Assembly (NCBI GenBank): GCA_016180085.1
Contig: JACPBX010000031.1
Span: 1-61,003 of the forward strand
DNA: 61,003 bases
From: Candidatus Woesearchaeota archaeon
GTDB lineage: Archaea; Nanobdellota; Nanobdellia; Woesearchaeales; UBA10216
Reading direction: 5' to 3'
Part shown: positions 37,116 to 45,330 of the stretch, in pieces
Position numbering within the stretch: position 1 is the stretch's first letter
How the letters are laid out: every line of letters begins with the position of its first letter
Program-made: the position numbers and the translations under genes
Notes under the pieces: model-generated
The model's database searches: none
What the model was told of the DNA's origin: nothing
The model's input: only the letters and a program-made list of their open reading frames with translations

Positions 37116-37731
37116 GCTTGTTGCGTATGCGATGCACTTTGCATCCTTCCTTGTAGAGCGAGGGGTAAAGTCGAGAAAGATTGTGCTGTTTGGCTCTGTG
37201 GCGAGCGGAGAATTTGACAGGGAAAGCGATATAGACATTTTTGTCGATGCAGACAAAACCGAAGGAAAAGCAGTGCTTGGATTATTGAGCAGCTTTGAGA
37301 AAACGTTTGGCGAAAAGTGGAGGCTTAAAGGCATTGCAAATCAGTTATCAGTTACTGTAGGCGATTTAAATTCAAAGGAGTGGGAAGACGTCAGGAGAGC
37401 AATTCAAAGCTATGGTTTGACCCTTTACGGGCAGTATGAAGGGCTTCCCAAAGGCATTAGGCCCTTTGTGCTCTTCAGCCTTGACTTCAAGGGCATAAGC
37501 AGGCCCCGCAAGGTTGGGCTTTGGCGGAAGCTGTATGGCTATGCGCAGAAGGTAGGCAAAAAAAGCTACAAAACAGAGGGCCTGTTAGGGCGCCTTGGCG
37601 GCGCTAAGGTGGATAGGGGCGTTGTTCTCGTTCCGGCTGCAGGTGCTGCGGAACTCAAAGGCTTTTTGGGAAAGAATAAGATAAGCTTCAGGCTGGTTGA
37701 GTTTTGGAGCGACCAGCTCTCTTCCAAGTAA
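37084..37731 (+). CDS. MNT nucleotidyltransferase with an extra C-terminal domain
   Basis: LFGSVASGEFDRESDIDIFV motif. Confidence 0.85.
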   Translation: MKSMKSETRNKLVAYAMHFASFLVERGVKSRKIVLFGSVASGEFDRESDIDIFVDADKTEGKAVLGLLSSFEKTFGEKWRLKGIANQLSVTVGDLNSKEWEDVRRAIQSYGLTLYGQYEGLPKGIRPFVLFSLDFKGISRPRKVGLWRKLYGYAQKVGKKSYKTEGLLGRLGGAKVDRGVVLVPAAGAAELKGFLGKNKISFRLVEFWSDQLSSK

Positions 37732-37755
37732 AGTTGTGCCTTACGTGGGCAAGAA

Positions 37756-37873
37756 CACAATTCGGCACAAGTCGGCAGTATAGCCGACTGTGCAATCCTA
37801 CCGAAGCAGGATTTGCAGCAGCCGAATGTGCCCAGTCGCAGCAGCGACTTGGGGATTATTGGGAAATAATTCC
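37756..37873. repeat. Cluster of nested and consecutive inverted repeats
   Basis: Five stems are readable by eye (detailed in findings). Confidence 0.75.
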
Positions 37874-37922
37874 GGCTTTCTCACAACAAACTATATAAAC
37901 ATTCCAGCCATCTTTGCCGAGT

Positions 37923-38993
37923 ATGACTTTTTTCGGCAGCACAGGCAGCAGCGGCGAGTCCCTGTTTAGAAACCCGATTGGGCTTGACTACGACTACCAG
38001 CCAAAGGTCGTCAAGTACAGGGAAGCCGAGATGAAGCAGGTAGCCGCTGCAGTCAGGCCCCTGTTTCAGAAAAGGAGCGGCCGCAATGTCTTTGTTTACG
38101 GCCCTTCCGGTGTTGGAAAAACAGTAGCCGTGAGGAACCTGTTGCAGGAGCTTGAGCAGGAAACCGATGAGATTGTGCCTTTCTACATCAACTGCTGGAA
38201 AAACGACACCACGTTCAAGATGCTTCTTGAGATGTGCAGTGCCATCAGTTACAGGTTCACCCAGAACAAGAGGACAGAGGAGCTTTTTGAGGTTGTCAAA
38301 AAAGAAGTCAACAAAAAAGCAGCTGTTTTTGTCCTTGACGAGGTTGACAAGATAGATGACATAGACTTCCTCTACAACATGATTGAAGAGGTGTTCAACA
38401 AGTCAATAATCCTCATAACCAACAGGAAGGACTGGCTTGCCGAGCTGGACAGCAGGATAAAATCCCGCTTGACAGCAGAGATTCTGGAATTCAGGCCTTA
38501 CAACCTGACAGAGACAAGGGGCGTCTTGCAGCAGCGCATGGAGTTTGTGTTCTCACCCGGAGTCTGGGACGACGCTGCTTTTGAGGCTGTTGTCCAGAAA
38601 GCGCTCGGCATGCAGGACATCCGCTCTGGGCTTTACCTCATGAAAGAGGCAGCCAACGTTGCTGAGGAGCGGAATTCCGGAAAAATAGCCGCAACTGATG
38701 TTGCTGCAGCCACAAAAAAGCTTGAGGAGTTCAGCATAAAAAAGACAGAGGAACTGGAAGACGAAACCCGCTTCATACTGAACATCGTAAAGAAGAACTC
38801 CGGCCTGAAGATTGGCGAAGTCTACAGCGCCTATAAGGAAGCCGGGGGCGAGATGGTCTACAAGACGTTCCAGAGGAGGATCGCGAAGCTTGAGGATGAC
38901 AGGTTCATTGCAACTGAAAAAGTCACTGGCGGCAGCGAGGGCAGCACCACCATAATCAAGTTTGGCCAGGAAAAGAAGCTGACGGAGTTCTGA
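37923..38993 (+). CDS. cdc6: Orc1/Cdc6 family AAA+ ATPase
   Basis: GPSGVGKT, YINCW, VLDEVD and LDSRIKSRL motifs; C-terminal winged helix. Confidence 0.92.
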   Translation: MTFFGSTGSSGESLFRNPIGLDYDYQPKVVKYREAEMKQVAAAVRPLFQKRSGRNVFVYGPSGVGKTVAVRNLLQELEQETDEIVPFYINCWKNDTTFKMLLEMCSAISYRFTQNKRTEELFEVVKKEVNKKAAVFVLDEVDKIDDIDFLYNMIEEVFNKSIILITNRKDWLAELDSRIKSRLTAEILEFRPYNLTETRGVLQQRMEFVFSPGVWDDAAFEAVVQKALGMQDIRSGLYLMKEAANVAEERNSGKIAATDVAAATKKLEEFSIKKTEELEDETRFILNIVKKNSGLKIGEVYSAYKEAGGEMVYKTFQRRIAKLEDDRFIATEKVTGGSEGSTTIIKFGQEKKLTEF

Positions 38994-39036
38994 GGGTTCT
39001 GAAATCTTTATAAACAAATCCGCATTACCATTGTTC

Positions 39037-39585
39037 ATGGACTTGGAAGGTAAGATAAACGGATCAAGGTACGGGCTTATGAAAGTTGCCACTAACATTG
39101 CCACCTTAGCTGCGGTTGGTTGCGCACTGGCAGGCTTTGGTTTCTTAGTCCACTTTAGCGCTGGCATTAACAAGGAAGACACAAGGCAAGCAGTTGTTAT
39201 TGAAGGAACCGGGCAAAGGATTGAATACCTTGCTAGGACTCCGAGGAAAGGATCTTTGAGGCTGGTGCCGTGGAATGATGATAACGGCCATGCAATTATG
39301 AGAGCTTATGATTCAAGCGGCGTTGAGGTCCTGAAGGGCGTTGATGAGGACTACAACGGCAGCTTCTCTGACGAAGGAGACAAGTTGACTATACGTGTTG
39401 ATGGTAAAACAGTGAAATGCTTTTTTGACAGGGGGGTCAACTCAAAGGGTGAAGAGTTTGCTTTTGTGGCTTCAGATGACCCCATAACAAATGCAATGGT
39501 AGAGGGTGCAAGAGGATACTGCAGCACCAAAGTGGCTTCTGCAAACAGTCTTTATCTGCAGACAAGACAACAGCTAAATCACTAG
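39037..39585 (+). CDS. Hypothetical membrane-anchored protein
   Basis: TTTATAAA box upstream; N-terminal hydrophobic segment. Confidence 0.6.
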   Translation: MDLEGKINGSRYGLMKVATNIATLAAVGCALAGFGFLVHFSAGINKEDTRQAVVIEGTGQRIEYLARTPRKGSLRLVPWNDDNGHAIMRAYDSSGVEVLKGVDEDYNGSFSDEGDKLTIRVDGKTVKCFFDRGVNSKGEEFAFVASDDPITNAMVEGARGYCSTKVASANSLYLQTRQQLNH

Positions 39586-39863
39586 GAGTACCTTATGTCA
39601 AACCCCTCAAACTCGCCGGTTGCCTGTTCTTCCTTCAAGTCAATCTCGCTGACGAACGCCATCAGGGGCCCTTTCCTGAACTTCTTCTCGAATTCCCTGA
39701 GCTGCTTTTCTTCTCCTTCGGCAACGATTTCAACACTGCCATCTTTCAGGTTCCTGGCATAGCCGCTGACGCCAAGCCCCTCGGCTTCCCTCCTGACGAA
39801 TTCCCTGTAGAAGACGCCCTGCACCTTTCCCTTGGCTATCGCGTGGATTCGTTTCAGTGCCAT
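39582..39863 (-). CDS. acyP: Acylphosphatase
   Basis: GKVQGVFYR and GYARNLKDGSVE motifs. Confidence 0.93.
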   Translation of the reverse strand: MALKRIHAIAKGKVQGVFYREFVRREAEGLGVSGYARNLKDGSVEIVAEGEEKQLREFEKKFRKGPLMAFVSEIDLKEEQATGEFEGFDIRYS

Positions 39864-39941
39864 TTTTGCTGCAGCTGCACTTTTGCGTTTTAAAGTTTGC
39901 GGTGAAAAGTTTTTAAACCATAAATGCAACTGGTGATTGCA

Positions 39942-40418
39942 ATGACTGGTGCTATTGCTAGTGCTAAAGTTGCCGCGGCATTTTTGTTAGGAGTGGTAGC
40001 CATTGTTGTCGCTGGCTGCGCCACTTACCAGACCGGGCAGCAGGCTGAGGCGCCTCAGGTTTCGCAGTCAAATGCTTCGAACATTTCAGAAGCCATACCG
40101 AAGGAAGGCTGTAACTACAATAATCCGCCATGTTCTGAGGACTATGACTGCGTTAACAACACGTGCTCGCTGAAAACAGGCTGCAGCCATGATAATCCGC
40201 CGTGCGCAGCCAGCTACGATTGCATCAATAACAGCTGCGTGTTAAAGCAGGGCTGTAAGTATAACAACCCGGGCTGCGGCTTAAACAGCAGCTGCATCAA
40301 CAACTCCTGCACACCTATAGGCTGCAAGCACAGCAACCCTCCCTGCAACTCAAGCCAGATATGCCAGAACAACAAGTGCTTTGAGCACATATTAAGCAGC
40401 GGTGGCGGCGGCTACTAA
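39942..40418 (+). CDS. Putative lipoprotein with four Cys-rich repeats
   Basis: VVAGC lipobox-like motif; four GCx3NPxC...CxNNxC repeats. Confidence 0.75.
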   Translation: MTGAIASAKVAAAFLLGVVAIVVAGCATYQTGQQAEAPQVSQSNASNISEAIPKEGCNYNNPPCSEDYDCVNNTCSLKTGCSHDNPPCAASYDCINNSCVLKQGCKYNNPGCGLNSSCINNSCTPIGCKHSNPPCNSSQICQNNKCFEHILSSGGGGY

Positions 40419-40483
40419 ACCGTTTCTGCAGCTATATACGGTAAATATTTATAGTTCAAAAACCACGCCAGCAGCGTTAGGTT

Positions 40484-40669
40484 ATGGGGGTTGGTAGTAT
40501 GGAACAGGGCACTTGCATAAGGTGCGGAATGGAGATAGCCAGAAGTTCACGCTACCCTGACCTGTGCAGGGAGTGCGAGCGCTCGATGAGCGAGGAGGAG
40601 ATATTGACCCATTGGTCAATACGCATCGGCTTTGCCGATGCTGTTTTCGCAATAATGGATTCAGCATAA
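40484..40669 (+). CDS. Small CxxC...CxxC zinc-finger protein
   Basis: CIRC and CREC; TATA-like element upstream. Confidence 0.55.
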   Translation: MGVGSMEQGTCIRCGMEIARSSRYPDLCRECERSMSEEEILTHWSIRIGFADAVFAIMDSA

Positions 40670-40685
40670 GGAGGGGTGGTGTTTT

Positions 40686-40904
40686 ATGGGAAGCAGTTTG
40701 GTTGCCAGTATGGAAACAAGGCCAATTAGGGGAAAACCTGCTATGGAGCACGAAGGCGTCGGCTACGAAGAAGATGACATGGAGGCTACGCAAGAACCGC
40801 AGCAGCAAACTGGCATGGAGCTTCTTATGCGGAGAAGCTATAGCATCCCAAAGAGGCCTGGCGTGAAGGTTGAGAGGACAGTCTGGGCCTACCGCGAGAG
40901 GTAA
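40686..40904 (+). CDS. Small hypothetical protein
   Basis: AGGAGG RBS directly after the previous stop codon. Confidence 0.55.
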   Translation: MGSSLVASMETRPIRGKPAMEHEGVGYEEDDMEATQEPQQQTGMELLMRRSYSIPKRPGVKVERTVWAYRER

Positions 40905-40973
40905 AAAGCTGCCAAAGATTAACGAAGGTTAAAGGCGAAATATTTATATGGCTGAGGGCGGATTTCTTTAATA

Positions 40974-42203
40974 ATGAACCGGTGGCTTGTTGGTCTGGGA
41001 GTTGCGGCTATTGTCCTTCCTCTGATAATTTTCGTTGGAAACCTCAAGATAGAAGTTGGCGAAGGTCCTGAGGGGGAAGTGGAAGGAAGCCTGGAAAGCG
41101 CTTCCACTCCTGAAGCTGCTGAACAGGGAGAAAATGCGCAGGCAGCAGCGCTCTCAACAGCTGCGGCAACCGGGGCAACAGCGATTGCAAAAGTGAACAA
41201 GCCGGCCGAGGCTTCTCCCAAGGCGGCTGAGCTTGTCGGGATTTCAGACTGGATAAATTCAGAGCCGCTTAAGCTCGCTGACCTGAAGGGCAAGGTTGTT
41301 CTTGTTGACTTCTGGACTTACACGTGCATAAACTGCGTAAGGACATTGCCATACCTTACCATGTGGCATGACAAATACGCAGACAAAGGGCTTGTAATAA
41401 TAGGCGTCCATTCCCCTGAGTTCGATTTTGAAAAGGACCTTGAAAACGTGAATAAGGCAGTTGCCAAGCATTCGATAAAATACCCTGTTGCGCTTGACAA
41501 TGACCACAGCACGTGGAGGGCATTCAGGAACAACTACTGGCCGCACAAGTACCTAATTGATATTGATGGCAGGGTGAGGTATGACCACATAGGAGAGGGC
41601 GGCTATGACAGGACAGAGAGAGCCATTCAGGAACTGCTTAAGGAAAGGGCTGAAAAAATTGGCGAGAAGGTTGCAATCCCTGAAGGCATGAGCCTTCCAA
41701 AGGATGCTGTCGGGATTGATTTTGCCTCGATAGCCACCCCTGAAATTTATTTTGGCTACGAGTTTGCGAGGGTCAACCTTGGGAATGAGCAGGGCTTCGT
41801 GCCCGGTGAGGTTGTCACTTACGCAGCACCAGACTCCTACGCCAGCCTTACGCCAAATGTTGCTTTCGTTGAAGGCGAGTGGAGGAACAATCCGGAAGCC
41901 CTGGAACTTGTCTCTGATGAAGGCAGAATCCTGCTTAAGTATACTGCCAAGGCAGTTAACGTCGTTGCGGGGCAGGGCGTGATACCGGCTGTTGTGTACG
42001 TGAGCCTTGACGGAAAGCCTGCAAATTCAACAAATAAGGGAAGCGATGTGGAAATTGCCAGAACAGAGGCAGGCGGAGCTGTTGCGGTTATTGACGAGCA
42101 GCGCCTCTACAACGTTGTTAACGATAACAGCTACAGCACCAGGGTGCTGGAGCTGGCAGTAACCGGAAAAGGCTTCAGGATTTACACGTTTACGTTTGGG
42201 TAA
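40974..42203 (+). CDS. Membrane-anchored thioredoxin-family protein (DipZ-like)
   Basis: DFWTYTCINC, GVHSPEF, HIGEGGY, TPEIYFG and C-terminal YTFTFG. Confidence 0.9.
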   Translation: MNRWLVGLGVAAIVLPLIIFVGNLKIEVGEGPEGEVEGSLESASTPEAAEQGENAQAAALSTAAATGATAIAKVNKPAEASPKAAELVGISDWINSEPLKLADLKGKVVLVDFWTYTCINCVRTLPYLTMWHDKYADKGLVIIGVHSPEFDFEKDLENVNKAVAKHSIKYPVALDNDHSTWRAFRNNYWPHKYLIDIDGRVRYDHIGEGGYDRTERAIQELLKERAEKIGEKVAIPEGMSLPKDAVGIDFASIATPEIYFGYEFARVNLGNEQGFVPGEVVTYAAPDSYASLTPNVAFVEGEWRNNPEALELVSDEGRILLKYTAKAVNVVAGQGVIPAVVYVSLDGKPANSTNKGSDVEIARTEAGGAVAVIDEQRLYNVVNDNSYSTRVLELAVTGKGFRIYTFTFG

Positions 42204-42243
42204 GAATGAGCTTTAATGCTGACTTATTCTATGGAAAAAAATA

Positions 42244-43308
42244 TCAAACCCTGTGATATCTTAAGATTCTTTCATCTAATTTTCTTAGCAATTTGGCTGT
42301 TTTTGGCCCGGCGTCTGTAAAGAGGTATATTGCAGCTCCGGAAGCAATAGTCCAAGCGGCACTTGCAAAAAATAGTCCTAATTCTTTTGGATCGCTCGAA
42401 TATGAATAGGCTGCACCTCCAACACCTGCACCAGTAGCTAAAATACTTGCCCAATACAGAGTATTCCAAGGCTTTTCATTAAATTGCAATGCGGCATACC
42501 ACTGCGTAGATCTTGTAATCCAGCCTCTATCTGAACTCCTAAGTAATTCTAATGTTTCTTGTATTCTTCTTCTATCTCCTTGGGGCAATTCTCCTTTCTT
42601 CAAGAGAAATTCATATCCTCGTTCTATCTGTTTTAATGTCCTGTCAATTTTGTGTGTTACTTCAAAACACTTTCCGATTCTTGCTTCTGGGAATTCGTTA
42701 GTATTCCTGACGTTTTCGTAGACTTGTGGAGCTGTAGCATCTTCTATCAGGTTTAGCACGTCTTTAAGCTGCATAAATCCTGTTGCTATGCTACCGTAAG
42801 CTTCGGCTGCGGAAGCAGGTTTGTTGCCTTCTTTTTTATGAGTAGGTGTCAATCCATTGTTTACAGTAACTGAAACATTTTGCTCGTCAAAAGCATAATG
42901 TGCGCCTTCGTAAAGCAAAGCTTCTTCTATAGCTTGTTCAGCTCGAGATTCAGCAGTTGTTGCTAGCTGTCTTAAAGCAACAGCAGCCAACAGCCTCATA
43001 GCACTGACATAGGGTTCAGAAAATTCATCTATTCTTTTTACCGTATCATGCAAGCCGTCGTAGATTTCACTCTTTTCTTTCGGATTACCGTCCATCATTT
43101 TCGGTTTCCAAGCGTGCCTCAAAGCTATTAGACCATCAACATACTCTTCCAGTCCTTTTTTCGCGGTTCTCTCTAAAGTTCTTTTATCTACTCTTAATTG
43201 ACGCAATATCGAGCTGATATCTTGATTTGCTGCTTCCGACTGCGTTAATCTTTCTATGGCTGCGTCTAGTGTAGATTCTGAATACAGGTTTCTAACCCAA
43301 AAGTTCAT
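42244..43308 (-). CDS. Hypothetical helical protein with two C-terminal TM segments (AT-richer than neighbours)
   Basis: Long ORF with its own TATA box. Confidence 0.65.
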   Translation of the reverse strand: MNFWVRNLYSESTLDAAIERLTQSEAANQDISSILRQLRVDKRTLERTAKKGLEEYVDGLIALRHAWKPKMMDGNPKEKSEIYDGLHDTVKRIDEFSEPYVSAMRLLAAVALRQLATTAESRAEQAIEEALLYEGAHYAFDEQNVSVTVNNGLTPTHKKEGNKPASAAEAYGSIATGFMQLKDVLNLIEDATAPQVYENVRNTNEFPEARIGKCFEVTHKIDRTLKQIERGYEFLLKKGELPQGDRRRIQETLELLRSSDRGWITRSTQWYAALQFNEKPWNTLYWASILATGAGVGGAAYSYSSDPKELGLFFASAAWTIASGAAIYLFTDAGPKTAKLLRKLDERILRYHRV

Positions 43309-43475
43309 CCTCACATTTACTATTTAACAGTGATGACTTTAAAAACCTTTCGGTGCCTTCGCCGGCCATTCTACGTATTTTTGGGTTTCAAGCTGCTGCT
43401 TTTGCAGCTACGAATGAAAATTGAATAAAGAAAAACAAAAAAAAGAATTAAGCTGGAACGACGAATAAGCTGTTC

Positions 43476-43598
43476 TTATTCTCTCCTGCTTCCTCTGTGC
43501 TTTGAATAGCAGTCCCTGCAATAAACAGGCCTGCCTTCAGCCGGCTTGAAAGGCACCTCAGACTGTGCCCCACATTCGGAGCAAGTTATCTGCCCCAC
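43476..43598 (-). CDS. CxxC-x17-CxxC zinc-ribbon microprotein
   Basis: Manual translation (GTG)GQITCSECGAQSEVPFKPAEGRPVYCRDCYSKHRGSRRE. Confidence 0.8.
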   Translation of the reverse strand: MGQITCSECGAQSEVPFKPAEGRPVYCRDCYSKHRGSRRE

Positions 43599-43665
43599 GA
43601 TACTACTGCGAGAAATCCTGTATGCGCTTTAGGGGTAAATTTGAATATATAAAGGTATGCTTTTT

Positions 43666-44277
43666 TCAAGCTTGGGCTGGGGCTTTTTTGCCACAGTACA
43701 GCTGCCGCAAGGCACCCACAAGGTAAAAATTTTCTCGAATAAACCCATCCCTGCTCGGGTCTGACTTAAGGCTGAAAGCATGCATCCAGTCAAGGATTAC
43801 CGGCCTTGCCGGCTTTCCGGAGTCCGCAAAGAAGTCAGCATCTTCAGGGAGAGACAAACCCCTATCGTGAACCTGTCTTACCATGGCTTCAAGCTGACCG
43901 AAAAACTCCTCAGGCAGCGGGGAAACGTCACATAAGTTTCTTAAGCCGCGGTAGTGCTGGAACAGCATAGCTGACGAGAACTGCAGTTCGCCGTTGGCAA
44001 ATGCCCGTTCCCGGGCAATCACACTTGCCTTTTCCGGAATCGCTACTCCGACCTGTGATTCGGTAATCGAACATTCAAAAAAGTCAAAGGGCTCAGGAAC
44101 GCCTTGGATGCCCTTCAGCTTTTTAAGCACTTCAAATTCCGTTCTGCTTAACGCAACAGCATCTGGGCGCTTAAAGTACAGCTTCGCGGCAGCTGCCCTG
44201 CCTTTGTAGTCTGCTGCAAGAACTATAGCTGTGCTTCCGTAGCTGATATACCACAGATTCCTGAAAGGAAGGTTCAC
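43666..44277 (-). CDS. Divergent protein-kinase-like fold protein
   Basis: GSTAIV loop, AAKL lysine, EFEVLKKL helix, VHDRG and VILDW. Confidence 0.6.
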   Translation of the reverse strand: MNLPFRNLWYISYGSTAIVLAADYKGRAAAAKLYFKRPDAVALSRTEFEVLKKLKGIQGVPEPFDFFECSITESQVGVAIPEKASVIARERAFANGELQFSSAMLFQHYRGLRNLCDVSPLPEEFFGQLEAMVRQVHDRGLSLPEDADFFADSGKPARPVILDWMHAFSLKSDPSRDGFIRENFYLVGALRQLYCGKKAPAQA

Positions 44278-44348
44278 ATAAGCAGTTAATCACTGTCGGC
44301 TTTTAAAGGTAACCCACTGGACACGCTCGTTGCCACCAGCTGGCTTTT

Positions 44349-44900
44349 CTAAGTTCGATGCATCCTCGTCGCTTGCAAGTGTGGCAAGTTTTCGTGGCCT
44401 AGGCTCCTGGCAGCCTCAACAATTTTACTGCTGATATAAGCTCTCCTTTGTGCAAAATCAGCAGGGTTAGGCACTACGACAACAGAAGTATCTCGCGTTC
44501 CTTGCCCATACGCAACAGTTACTATTTTTTGTCGCGTAACTATCATCCCCAAAAAACTAGGATCTTCTGCAATTTCCCTCTTGAAATAAGCCAAGTCATT
44601 ACCCGCCAAATAATCTATATTGCCGCTTGGGTGGGTGTGCCAATCAATGTATCCGTATGGTGGGTTGTCTTTGAGGAATCTTTCCATAATTCTCCATCTT
44701 GCGTCCTCCGGCCTTACTTCATAACGATGTCCTCTTCCCAGCATAAACAAACCGTCGACTCTTAGTCTAACAAGATGCCTTACAGGCAGGGGTACATAAA
44801 ATAAAGCGCCAACAGTTTCCTGCTCCAATCCTGCAAACGTCTTGAGTCTTTCTTCCAGCGTTCTTGGTAGCAGAATTTTCCTTTGAAGATTTTGTGCCAT
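44349..44900 (-). CDS. JAB/MPN (Mov34) domain protein
   Basis: ETVGALF and WHTHP...NDL (E...HxH...D) motifs. Confidence 0.7.
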   Translation of the reverse strand: MAQNLQRKILLPRTLEERLKTFAGLEQETVGALFYVPLPVRHLVRLRVDGLFMLGRGHRYEVRPEDARWRIMERFLKDNPPYGYIDWHTHPSGNIDYLAGNDLAYFKREIAEDPSFLGMIVTRQKIVTVAYGQGTRDTSVVVVPNPADFAQRRAYISSKIVEAARSLGHENLPHLQATRMHRT

Positions 44901-45044
44901 TAAGAAGCCTATGATTGGCGCATTTATAAATCTTTCTTTTTTGACCACTCATCAGTAACGAACGCACTGGACACTGGACATGCCCGGCTAGGGTATTTAA
45001 GCAACTTCTGCAGTTGTGAATGGTTGAAACGGAGGTGATGTTAC

Positions 45045-45239
45045 ATGGCCATGCCAACCATGTTGAGTGTAAGTGCGGTAAGTGAGCTTTTTTTCAGCCA
45101 CATAAAGGAGCTTAGCGTCCAGAGCCTCAGGGAGCTTAAGGACGGCAGGCAGAGGGCTGAGCTGAGGCTTGTGCGTGGCTTCAGGGATTTCAGCGAGTTG
45201 CAGTCCACCTCTACTGCTTCTAGACTTGTAAGGGCATAG
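45045..45239 (+). CDS. Small hypothetical protein (64 aa)
   Basis: TATTTAA box and GGAGGTGA RBS. Confidence 0.6.
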   Translation: MAMPTMLSVSAVSELFFSHIKELSVQSLRELKDGRQRAELRLVRGFRDFSELQSTSTASRLVRA

Positions 45240-45330
45240 CAGGGCATAGCCCGCTTGAGTTGTGGGTTGGGGGTGGGGCTACTTCTGCCACAACAAATAT
45301 TTTATATTCCTCCTTTATCTTGCCGCAGTC

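Larger units (their letters stand above)
36552..37755 (+). mobile_element. Putative inserted HEPN-MNT cassette bounded by 22-bp perfect direct repeats
   Basis: TTGTGCCTTACGTGGGCAAGAA at 36552-36573 (serS 3' end) and at 37734-37755. Confidence 0.75.

Noticed and set aside
37732-37922. Replication origin with ORB boxes next to cdc6
   Set aside because: No recognisable ORB consensus or AT-rich unwinding element; only the palindromes are reported.
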